From positions 13,640-77,639 of the forward strand of contig JAKITK010000006.1 of assembly GCA_021648125.1 (NCBI GenBank): a stretch of DNA of 64,000 nucleotides, read 5' to 3'. Position numbers and translations under genes: made by a program. This document shows, in pieces, positions 56,043-64,000 of the stretch (positions within the stretch are counted from its first letter, which is position 1; every line of letters begins with the position of its first letter). This DNA comes from Lysobacterales bacterium (GTDB lineage: Bacteria > Pseudomonadota > Gammaproteobacteria > Xanthomonadales > SZUA-36). Below the pieces are notes generated by a model, which saw only the letters and a list, made by a program, of their open reading frames with translations, was not told the origin of the DNA and did no database searches.

Positions 56043-57124
56043 AAATTTATTTCACTGTAATCAATAATTCCGCCACCAAGACACTCCTCGCCGCGGTAAA
56101 ACACAATAGACTGACCTGGGGTAACAGCCCATTGATCCTGTTCAAAAACTACCCGGCAGGTATGTTTGTCGATATGGCTAATACGACAGGCTTGATCAGC
56201 CTGTCGATAGCGAATTTTAGCACTTAGATCCGTATCGATCTCCGCTGGCATGCCGGCAACCCAACTGAGTTCAGATATCTCAAGCTTGTTGGAAAATAAC
56301 AATGGATGATCATGGCCCTGACCGACGGTGAGGATATTGTCCTGCATGTTTTTGCTAAGCACATACCAAGGGGCATCGCCGGCTCCTTTCACACCACCTA
56401 TTCCAAGACCCTGGCGCTGACCCAGTGTGTAATACATCAAACCTTGATGTTGTCCGACAAGCTGCCCATCCTGGGTTCGTATCTCACCTGGCTGAGCTGG
56501 CAAGTAGCGAGAAAGAAAGGGCCTGAAGTTACGCTCGCCGATAAAACATATGCCGGTGCTGTCTTTTTTATCGTGGATAAGGAAGCCGGCGGATGCTGCC
56601 AGCTCACGCACTACAGGCTTTTCCAGTTCACCCACCGGAAACAATGTGCGTGCTAATTGTTGCTGCCCCAGGGTGTATAGAAAGTAACTCTGGTCCTTGT
56701 TTTGGTCTAGCCCCCGCAATAAGCGATACCGGCCGTCTAGTTCATCCCGGCGTGCATAGTGCCCGGTTGCAATATGGCTGCAACCAAGGTCTTGCGCATG
56801 CTCAAGAAAGGTTTTGAATTTGATTTCGCGGTTACACAAAATATCCGGATTCGGGGTGCGGCCAGCTTTGTATTCTGCAAGAAAATGTTCAAATACATGA
56901 TCCCAGTACTCGGCAGCAAAATTGCGAGTGTAAAACGGGATTCCAATGCTGGCAGCAACAGCTGCGGCATCTTTTGCATCAGCCTCGGCTGGACAACTGC
57001 CCATGCGGTCGTCTTCTTCCCAGTTTTTCATAAACAGGCCGGAAGTATCGATGCCTTGCCGATGCAGCAGTAAAGCAGCAACTGAAGAATCCACCCCACC
57101 GGACAAGCCCGCCATAACCTTCAT
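56024..57124 (-). CDS. mnmA: tRNA 2-thiouridine(34) synthase
   Basis: [14 protein letters not shown]-loop, NPDILCN, ATGHYAR and KDQSYFL blocks. Confidence 0.95.
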   Translation of the reverse strand: MKVMAGLSGGVDSSVAALLLHRQGIDTSGLFMKNWEEDDRMGSCPAEADAKDAAAVAASIGIPFYTRNFAAEYWDHVFEHFLAEYKAGRTPNPDILCNREIKFKTFLEHAQDLGCSHIATGHYARRDELDGRYRLLRGLDQNKDQSYFLYTLGQQQLARTLFPVGELEKPVVRELAASAGFLIHDKKDSTGICFIGERNFRPFLSRYLPAQPGEIRTQDGQLVGQHQGLMYYTLGQRQGLGIGGVKGAGDAPWYVLSKNMQDNILTVGQGHDHPLLFSNKLEISELSWVAGMPAEIDTDLSAKIRYRQADQACRISHIDKHTCRVVFEQDQWAVTPGQSIVFYRGEECLGGGIIDYSEINLCSSNN

Positions 57125-57355
57125 TTAATGATTCCTACAATCTAGCCATCTATCTTCCATTATATTGGATATGAGGGCAGGGGGCGTGCTTTCAAGTTGC
57201 AAGCCAAATATGCTCGCACCGGCTTTATATTCATAAATTTATTATAATAAAATTTCTACATAAATTATCTATCTATATGATATTTAATCAATATCAAGAA
57301 TCTTGTCGACATCGTGTTACTGTCAGCCCTTGCACCTTTCTAAAGCTGTAATACA

Positions 57356-57682
57356 ATGAGACTTATGAGTACACCAGACCATTCATTTGCAAACGACCTG
57401 TCACTTGAAGAAGTTCGGCTTGAGCTTGAGCCACCAAAAATGTATAAGGTCATGTTGTTAAACGACGATTACACACCGATGGAGTTTGTAATTGAGGTAT
57501 TGTGTCAGCATTTCCGCATGAACGAAGACAAAGCTACCCAGGTAATGCTGCATGTGCATACCAAGGGCAAGGCCGTCTGTGGTGTTTTTTCCCGAGATAT
57601 TGCAGAAACCAAGGTCGCCCAAGTGAATGACTTTTCCCGCCAGGAGAGCCAACCCTTACAGTGCACTTTAGAGTCGGTATGA
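57356..57682 (+). CDS. clpS: ATP-dependent Clp protease adaptor ClpS
   Basis: [20 protein letters not shown]...[13 protein letters not shown] is canonical ClpS. Confidence 0.93.
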   Translation: MRLMSTPDHSFANDLSLEEVRLELEPPKMYKVMLLNDDYTPMEFVIEVLCQHFRMNEDKATQVMLHVHTKGKAVCGVFSRDIAETKVAQVNDFSRQESQPLQCTLESV

Positions 57683-57782
57683 AACTTTATGGCAGATTTA
57701 AGGTTCTATAGTAGAGAACCCAGAATATATTTACCCACAAGACAGGATTCAAAATTGGCAAATTTCAGGAGAGTTAAAACCC

Positions 57783-60095
57783 GTGTTTAGCAAAGACCTT
57801 GAACAAACCATAGCCCAGGCTTACCAGCAGGCCCGTGATTCCCGCCACGAATACCTGACGGTTGAACACCTGCTGCTATCACTGCTCGACAACGCCTCTG
57901 CTGTTAGCGCCTTGAATGCATGTGGCGCCGACTTGCCAGCTCTTGCCGATGAGCTTAATCAGGTGTTGGCGGAAAAAGTTCCATCGCTAGGTCCTGAAGA
58001 TACTCGTGACACCCAGCCGACTATCGGCTTTCAGCGTGTACTGCAACGAGCTTTGTATCATGTCCAGTCTGCCAGCAAGACCGAAGTGTTGGGTTGCAAT
58101 GTGCTGGTTGCCATTTATGGAGAAAAAGAATCCTATGCTAGCTGGGTACTAAATTCGCGTGACATCACCCGGCTTGATGTGATTAATTATATTTCCCACG
58201 GCATCACTCGTTACGACGGGGACAGCGAAAACACAGAGGGCCTTGCGGCAGATCAAGTGGAAACCTCCGTTGAAGAGCAGGAAAAAACCGCACTTGAGAA
58301 ATTCGCCAGCAATCTCAACCAGCGAGCACTGGCAGATAAAATCGATCCTCTAATAGGTCGTGAAAAAGAGGTCGAGAGAATCATCCAGATCCTTTGTCGG
58401 CGGCGCAAGAATAACCCGTTGTTTGTGGGTGAAGCCGGCGTTGGTAAAACCGCTCTGGCAGAAGGCCTAGCGCGTAAAATTACTGAAAATGATGTTCCTG
58501 CAGTGCTCAAGGATGCGGTTATTTATTCTTTGGATATGGGGGCGCTATTGGCCGGCACAAAATACCGTGGTGATTTTGAAAAACGCTTCAAAGCGGTATT
58601 AGGTGAGATAAAAAAACAGTCTGAGTCTATTCTTTTTATAGATGAAATACACACCATTATTGGCGCTGGCGCCGCATCCGGTGGGGTGATGGATGCCTCA
58701 AATCTGATTAAACCGGTGCTCGCCAACGGCGACCTCCGCTGCATGGGCTCAACTACATTTGAAGAATATCGCGGTATTTTTGAGAAAGACCGAGCCTTGG
58801 CCAGGCGCTTCCAAAAAATTGATATCGCTGAACCCAGCATTTCTGAAACCATAGATATTCTGCGGGGTTTGAAGAGTCGCTTCGAAGACCACCATCAGGT
58901 TAAATACAGCGATGCCGCATTAGTCGCCGCAGCTGAACTCTCCGCGCGGCATATGAACGACCGTAGGCTACCGGATAAGGCCATCGATGTGGTCGATGAA
59001 GCTGGGGCCAGCCTCTGGCTGCAAGACCCCGAAGACCGCAAACAGGAACTGGATGCCGGCGATATCGAAACTGTGATCGCTAAAATTGCGCGGATTCCTG
59101 CTAAACAAGTTTCCCGTAGCGACCGCGATGCGCTGAAGTATCTCGAGCGGGATTTAAAATTATCCGTATTCGGCCAGGATGAGGCGATTGCTACATTGGC
59201 ATCTGCGATTAAAATGTCGCGTTCAGGTCTTGCTGATGGAGAACGCCCGATTGGTAGTTTCCTGTTCGCCGGTCCCACCGGTGTTGGTAAAACCGAAGTT
59301 ACCCGCCAGCTCGCACAAATTCTAGGAATTGAGTTAACCCGTTTCGATATGTCGGAATATATGGAGTCGCACTCGGTATCCCGTCTGGTTGGCGCACCTC
59401 CAGGCTATGTGGGTTTTGATAAAGGCGGCCTATTAACCGAAGCGATTGCTAAAAACCCGCACACAGTATTATTATTGGATGAAATCGAGAAAGCCCACCC
59501 GGATGTCTATAACTTACTCCTGCAAATCATGGATCACGGCAAACTGACCGACAGTAACGGCCGGGAAGCTGATTTCCGCCATGTAGTGCTGGTAATGACC
59601 AGCAATGCCGGAGCCAGAATAGCCGCAAGGCGCTCCATCGGTTTCTCAGACCAGGACAACAGTACAGATGCGATGGCTGAAATTGAAAAAACCTTCGCGC
59701 CGGAGTTCCGTAATAGACTGGATAGCATTATTCAGTTTAAATCACTAGATGAAGTGGTAGTGCTCAAAATTGTCGACAAATTTATTATCGAACTGGAAGC
59801 GCAACTCGCCGACAAAGATGTCAGTATCACCGTCAGCCCCGATGCACGCAGTTGGTTAGCTAGCAAAGGCTTTGATGAAACTATGGGCGCACGGCCTATG
59901 CAGCGGATAATTAAAAAACATATCAAGCGTGCACTAGCAGAAGAGTTGCTGTTTGGCAGCCTCTGCGAAGGTGGTGATGTGTTTGTGGAAACTGACGATA
60001 CAAACCTCGATGCGTTGAAAATTCGCTATCACGCGTCAAACAAAGATGTGATTGTGGAAGCACCAACGCCAGCTACTACAGGATTACAGAAATAA
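57783..60095 (+). CDS. clpA: ATP-dependent Clp protease ATP-binding subunit ClpA
   Basis: 770 aa, GTG start. Two AAA+ modules (GEAGVGKTA; GPTGVGKTE), no middle coiled-coil of ClpB type. Follows clpS. Confidence 0.95.
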   Translation: MFSKDLEQTIAQAYQQARDSRHEYLTVEHLLLSLLDNASAVSALNACGADLPALADELNQVLAEKVPSLGPEDTRDTQPTIGFQRVLQRALYHVQSASKTEVLGCNVLVAIYGEKESYASWVLNSRDITRLDVINYISHGITRYDGDSENTEGLAADQVETSVEEQEKTALEKFASNLNQRALADKIDPLIGREKEVERIIQILCRRRKNNPLFVGEAGVGKTALAEGLARKITENDVPAVLKDAVIYSLDMGALLAGTKYRGDFEKRFKAVLGEIKKQSESILFIDEIHTIIGAGAASGGVMDASNLIKPVLANGDLRCMGSTTFEEYRGIFEKDRALARRFQKIDIAEPSISETIDILRGLKSRFEDHHQVKYSDAALVAAAELSARHMNDRRLPDKAIDVVDEAGASLWLQDPEDRKQELDAGDIETVIAKIARIPAKQVSRSDRDALKYLERDLKLSVFGQDEAIATLASAIKMSRSGLADGERPIGSFLFAGPTGVGKTEVTRQLAQILGIELTRFDMSEYMESHSVSRLVGAPPGYVGFDKGGLLTEAIAKNPHTVLLLDEIEKAHPDVYNLLLQIMDHGKLTDSNGREADFRHVVLVMTSNAGARIAARRSIGFSDQDNSTDAMAEIEKTFAPEFRNRLDSIIQFKSLDEVVVLKIVDKFIIELEAQLADKDVSITVSPDARSWLASKGFDETMGARPMQRIIKKHIKRALAEELLFGSLCEGGDVFVETDDTNLDALKIRYHASNKDVIVEAPTPATTGLQK

Positions 60096-60124
60096 CAGCC
60101 TGAACTACAGGTTTAGATTTAGGC

Positions 60125-60343
60125 TTATTTCATGCGATAGGTGATGCGACCTTTGCTCAGATCGTAAGGTGTCATTTCAACACGCACACCGTCACCCGTG
60201 AGAATACGAATATAGTGTTTGCGCATGCGTCCGGAAATATGGGCAGTTATTACATGTCCATTTTCAAGTTCAACTCGGAACATGGTATTGGGTAATGTAT
60301 CAACTACCTTACCTTCCATTTCAATTACATCTTTCTTAGCCAT
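60125..60343 (-). CDS. infA: translation initiation factor IF-1
   Basis: [30 protein letters not shown] is canonical IF-1. Confidence 0.97.
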   Translation of the reverse strand: MAKKDVIEMEGKVVDTLPNTMFRVELENGHVITAHISGRMRKHYIRILTGDGVRVEMTPYDLSKGRITYRMK

Positions 60344-60479
60344 TTGATCCCATCGGTATTTATGTGTGCGTATTTTGCCACCCCCGAGCCATAAAACATA
60401 GTCCGGCGTGTGTTTTTCTGCTTTTATTGGCTACTTTTGAGGTTTTTTCGAATATTTACGAAAAATTGGCCTTTGATAC

Positions 60480-60507
60480 TTGACAGTGGCTCAAAAGAGC
60501 TTAAAAT
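60480..60507 (+). promoter_or_regulatory. sigma70 promoter for tRNA-Gly: -35 TTGACA (60480-60485), 16-nt spacer, -10 TAAAAT (60502-60507), AT-rich UP-like region upstream
   Basis: Consensus hexamers read directly. The tRNA starts 12 nt after the -10 element. Confidence 0.6.
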
Positions 60508-60518
60508 TCACCTCCTTT

Positions 60519-60594
60519 GCGGGAATAGCTCAGCTGGTAGAGCACAACCTTGCCAAGGTTGGGGTCGCGAGTTCGAATCTCGTTTCCCGCTCCA
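60519..60594 (+). tRNA. tRNA-Gly (GCC)
   Basis: 76 nt, nearly identical to the E. coli tRNA-Gly(GCC) as I recall it. Anticodon loop UUGCCAA, CCA encoded. Confidence 0.95.
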
Positions 60595-60605
60595 AATATA
60601 AACAA

Positions 60606-60638
60606 CCCCGGTAGCCGTTTTCGGGCCGGGGTTTTTTA
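60606..60638 (+). terminator. rho-independent terminator after tRNA-Gly (CCCCGG...CCGGGG then TTTTTT)
   Basis: Seen in sequence. Confidence 0.65.
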
Positions 60639-60733
60639 TTGCTTTAAGGCATGTTTTGGGCATTTACCGGCCCAAGAGTGTGGCAGAAATTTGCCTATGA
60701 CTGTAAAATACAGTCTTAATTAGCAAACCTGAT

Positions 60734-60807
60734 GGCCAGGTGGCAGAGTGGTTATGCAGCGGCCTGCAACGCCGTTGACCTCGGTTCGATTCCGGGCCTG
60801 GCCTCCA
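60734..60807 (+). tRNA. tRNA-Cys (GCA)
   Basis: 74 nt. Acceptor stem GGCCAGG/CCTGGCC, anticodon loop CUGCAAC, CCA encoded. Confidence 0.93.
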
Positions 60808-60912
60808 TTTAAAGCTAGTTGATTTTCAAAGCACGCCCAAGTGGCATTGTGGTAGCACTAAATAACCACAACAATGCGGCTTAGTAGTGTATTGATGATG
60901 TTTGAGTAATAT

Positions 60913-60999
60913 GCCCAGGTGGCGAAATTGGTAGACGCAAGGGACTTAAAATCCCTCGGTAGTGATACCGTGCCGGTTCGATTCCGGCCCTGGGCACCA
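60913..60999 (+). tRNA. tRNA-Leu (UAA)
   Basis: 87 nt with a long variable arm. Acceptor stem GCCCAGG/CCTGGGC, anticodon loop CUUAAAA, CCA encoded. Confidence 0.93.
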
Positions 61000-61419
61000 T
61001 TAAACACCCTATATATCAATCATATAGATCATTCACAGCCAGCTTAATAATGAATATAATTTACATTTTCCATTTTGTGTTCGGGTTTGTGTTCGGGTGG
61101 AGTATGCAAAGTTATTAATATCATTCTCAACCCCACGCCCGGACTTTCCTATAAGTAGACAGAACCTAATAAAACCAAACATTTGTTTTAATCAGTTAAT
61201 AGCTCAACTGCCTGTGTAAAAAAATAGCTGGTCGCATATACTTTGAAGCGCCAACCTCAAGGATCGACCCACCATTCCCCTAGCACTTGATTCCTGCAAG
61301 GCTCTGCAGCTAGTGGCAGCAGCTTCTCTGGAGTGTAATTTGATGTTTGACTTATATCAATGCACAATCAACTGGATAGTATATACTCCAATATCTATTG
61401 ATAATCAAAGGGTGCAAAC

Positions 61420-64000
61420 GTGGCAAAAAATCACAGATTGCTCTGGCAAGTGTCTTTCTTGTTTGCCTGTTTGCTTTCAAATTCGGCATTCGCCGCGTCT
61501 GAAGATCATTTTGTCACCACCTGGAAAACTGATAATCCTGGTACATCAAATAGTTCCTCAATTACAATTCCGATGATAGGTGGTCCTTATGATGTGGATT
61601 GGGATAATGACGGTACTTTTGATGAATTTGGATTAACTGGTTCGATTACTCATGATTACGGTGTTGCAGGTACTTATACCATTAGAATCCGGGGTACATA
61701 TGACACGATCCGTATTGCGTCGGGTGTCAATAGATATAAGATACTTTCCCTGAGTCAGTGGGGTACCAACGCTTGGAAATCAATGAATAGTGCATTTCTG
61801 GGAGCAACTAATCTAGTTCTACCAGCAAACGACCTGCCGGATTTTTCAGCAGTAACTGATATGTCAAATATGTTTTCTGGAGCCACCTCGGCCAATCCGG
61901 ATACCAGTGGCTGGGATACATCAAAAGTCACTGACATGAGAAGCATGTTTGCGCGTGCCACCTCAGCCAATCCTGATACTAGTGGCTGGAATACATCGGC
62001 GGTCACTAATATGAGCAGGATGTTCGCTGAAGCCAGCTCGGCCAACCCGGATACTAGTAACTGGAATACTGCAACAGTTACAAACATGCGTGGAATGTTT
62101 GCATCTAACAATTCAGCTAATCCGGATACCAGTGGTTGGGATACATCAGCTGTACAGGATATGTCATACATGTTTTCGTTTGCTCATTTCGCCAACCCGG
62201 ATACCAGCAGTTGGGATACATCAGCAGTTACAACCATGCATAGTATGTTTCGGAATACGCCCTTAGCAAATCCAGATACCAGTAACTGGGATACGTCAGC
62301 TGTTACATCGATGAAATTGATGTTCTATAAAGCCACTTTGGCCAACCCCAATACCAGTGGTTGGGATACATCTTCGGTAACAAATATGTCATGGATGTTT
62401 ATGAATGCAACATCGGCTAATCCGGATACCAGTAGCTGGAATACAACAGCAGTCACAGAGATGTGGAGTATGTTTGCTTATGCTAGCTTGGCCAATCCAG
62501 ATATCAGTAGCTGGGACACATCTTCTGTAACAAAGATGCAATTCATGTTTTATTACGCCCTGTCATTTAACCATGATATTGGTTCATGGAATGTTTCACA
62601 GCTAACAAATGCAACTAAAATGTTATTTGGTGCTACTCTTTCTGCAGAAAATTATGATAGTTTACTGGTTGGCTGGGCTCCTCAGATGCTTCAAACAGGT
62701 GTAACTTTTGACGCTGGAAATTCAGTTTATTGTTCAGCTCAGGCTATTACTGCTCGCGCAAATTTAGTCGCTAACTCTGCATGGCTTGTTATTGATGGAG
62801 GACAACTATGCCCAGTTATGCCAGCTGACCCTGTAATAGCTCCAGATCTAACCTCGGCTACGGATACCGGGGTTTCCAATAGCGATGATATTACCTCTGA
62901 TAATACACCTAGATTCGAGGTGCAGTGTTCAGCTATCGGCAATATTATTACTCTCTACAACATCAACTCTGAAGTAAATACTCCAGTAGGGAGCCATAGT
63001 TGTTTTACTATCGGTGCAGAAATTGCTACGGTTTCAGTAGCGCTTAACATCGGCGCTCATAATATTGCCTATACCGATAGAATAGTGCGTAAAGAATCTG
63101 GTCTCTCGCCCCAGCTTGCAATTACTATTGTGCAAGCATTGCCCTCTGATGATTTCGTAACCACATGGAAAACCGACAACCCTGGTAGAACCAATAACTC
63201 ATCAGTGGAGATACTGATAAGTGGTGGTCCTTATGATGTGGACTGGAATAATGACGGAGTTTTTGATCAGTTTAATCTTGTCGGACCGATTACTCATGAT
63301 TATGGAATTGCTGGTACATACACAATTAGAATTCGCGGCTCTCATTCCTTTATTTTCTTTAGAACTGATGGAGATAATGAAAAAATACTTTCTCTTGATC
63401 AATGGGGAACGAAATCATGGATATCAATGAACCTTGCTTTTTATCAAGCAATAAATTTAAAAATTCTAGCTGTTGATACACCTGATTTTTCGGCTGTAAC
63501 CGATATGAGTGTTATGTTTAGAGGTGCGTTGTTAGCAAATCCTGACACCAGTAACTGGAATACATCGGCAGTAACCGATATGGATTGGATGTTCGCTAAT
63601 GCCACTTCAGCTAACCCAGATACCAGTGGCTGGGATACATCTTCAGTAGTAGATATGTCAAGAATGTTTCAGGGTGCGTCCTCAGCCAACCCAGATACCA
63701 GCGGCTGGGATACATCAGCAGTAGTCAGTATGTCAAGAATGTTTCAGGGCGCGATCTCAGCTAACCCAGATACCAGTGGCTGGGATACATCTTCAGTAGT
63801 AAACATGTCATACATGTTTCAGGGCACGACTTCAGCTAGCCCAGATACCAGTAGCTGGGATACATCTTCAGTAGTAGATATGGCATGGATGTTTGCTGGT
63901 GCTACCGCTTTTAATCGTGATATAGGTTCATGGAATGTAACCTCACTGATGAGTGCAGAATATATGTTTGAAGGTATAGCCCTATCCACCGTCAACTACG
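61420..64000 (+). CDS. giant secreted DUF285/BspA-type repeat surface protein (partial; continues past the window end)
   Basis: Not in the ORF track (open to the edge). Hand translation from GTG 61420 gives a signal peptide (AKNHRLLWQVSFLFACLLSNSAFA/AS). Then comes a head FVTTWKTDNPG...GGPYDVDWDNDGTFDEF...THDYGVAGTYTIRIRG, about 10 26-aa repeats (ANPDTSGWDTSxVTxMxxMFxxA), an FNHDIGSWNVS cap, and an Ig-like segment (TDTGVSNSDDITSDNTPRF). The whole head+repeat module starts again at about 63150. No stop through 64000. Confidence 0.85.
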   Translation, partial: MAKNHRLLWQVSFLFACLLSNSAFAASEDHFVTTWKTDNPGTSNSSSITIPMIGGPYDVDWDNDGTFDEFGLTGSITHDYGVAGTYTIRIRGTYDTIRIASGVNRYKILSLSQWGTNAWKSMNSAFLGATNLVLPANDLPDFSAVTDMSNMFSGATSANPDTSGWDTSKVTDMRSMFARATSANPDTSGWNTSAVTNMSRMFAEASSANPDTSNWNTATVTNMRGMFASNNSANPDTSGWDTSAVQDMSYMFSFAHFANPDTSSWDTSAVTTMHSMFRNTPLANPDTSNWDTSAVTSMKLMFYKATLANPNTSGWDTSSVTNMSWMFMNATSANPDTSSWNTTAVTEMWSMFAYASLANPDISSWDTSSVTKMQFMFYYALSFNHDIGSWNVSQLTNATKMLFGATLSAENYDSLLVGWAPQMLQTGVTFDAGNSVYCSAQAITARANLVANSAWLVIDGGQLCPVMPADPVIAPDLTSATDTGVSNSDDITSDNTPRFEVQCSAIGNIITLYNINSEVNTPVGSHSCFTIGAEIATVSVALNIGAHNIAYTDRIVRKESGLSPQLAITIVQALPSDDFVTTWKTDNPGRTNNSSVEILISGGPYDVDWNNDGVFDQFNLVGPITHDYGIAGTYTIRIRGSHSFIFFRTDGDNEKILSLDQWGTKSWISMNLAFYQAINLKILAVDTPDFSAVTDMSVMFRGALLANPDTSNWNTSAVTDMDWMFANATSANPDTSGWDTSSVVDMSRMFQGASSANPDTSGWDTSAVVSMSRMFQGAISANPDTSGWDTSSVVNMSYMFQGTTSASPDTSSWDTSSVVDMAWMFAGATAFNRDIGSWNVTSLMSAEYMFEGIALSTVNY

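Noticed and set aside
60999-61420. Classical tRNA-Leu-integrated genomic island boundary
   Set aside because: No integrase gene and no direct repeat of the tRNA-Leu 3' end are visible in the 3 kb available. Only a short TTGTGTTCGGGT x2 repeat is present (about 61073-61098). Island status cannot be supported from this window alone.
61755-62171. 138-aa minus-strand ORF with internal repeats (VSGLAE...)
   Set aside because: It is the antisense reading of the 78-bp DUF285 repeat units of the plus-strand giant protein. The repeat periodicity simply propagates an open shadow frame.

Overview
This 64-kb window looks like gammaproteobacterial chromosome and is mostly conserved housekeeping synteny. 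The core blocks are: ndk-rlmN-pilW-rodZ-hisS-yfgM-bamB-der; yceF/yceD-rpmF-fabH-fabD-fabG-acpP-fabF-pabB-pabC-mltG-tmk-holB-pilZ-dinB; hflD-mnmA / clpS-clpA / infA; and a tRNA Gly-Cys-Leu cluster. Fatty-acid catabolism is heavily represented: a PsrA-like TetR-fadE-dehydrogenase/hydratase-thiolase operon, a second FadJ/FadI-like pair apparently co-transcribed with a PPK2 and a PlsC-type acyltransferase, and fadD. I found no CRISPR array, rRNA, prophage, integrase or recognisable multi-gene defence system. The unusual material sits in small accessory or decaying patches. (1) 0.7-2.5 kb: an AT-rich islet with an orphan membrane-anchored protein behind a helically phased CCAATTATT repeat array, abutting a truncated sterol-desaturase-family gene. 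(2) 4.9-9.7 kb: a secreted 7-blade FG-GAP propeller convergent with a CadC-like wHTH-TM-TPR regulator. (3) 27.5-29.3 kb: four consecutive broken genes plus a MITE. (4) 48.7-51.1 kb: a GCS2-ligase/CBS fusion coupled to a lipoprotein. (5) 53.3-55.4 kb: a 1.9-kb islet bracketed by 94-nt direct repeats of an ompA-family 3' end, holding two MITE families, an IS remnant and two small orphan genes. (6) From 61.4 kb: a giant DUF285/BspA-type repeat surface protein next to tRNA-Leu. Other oddities are a glutathione-peroxidase-fold gene with both redox cysteines lost and an apparent 1-nt frameshift at codon 2, an Lhr helicase remnant, and ispG and plsX missing from their usual positions. All family calls come from reading the translations by eye; no searches were run.
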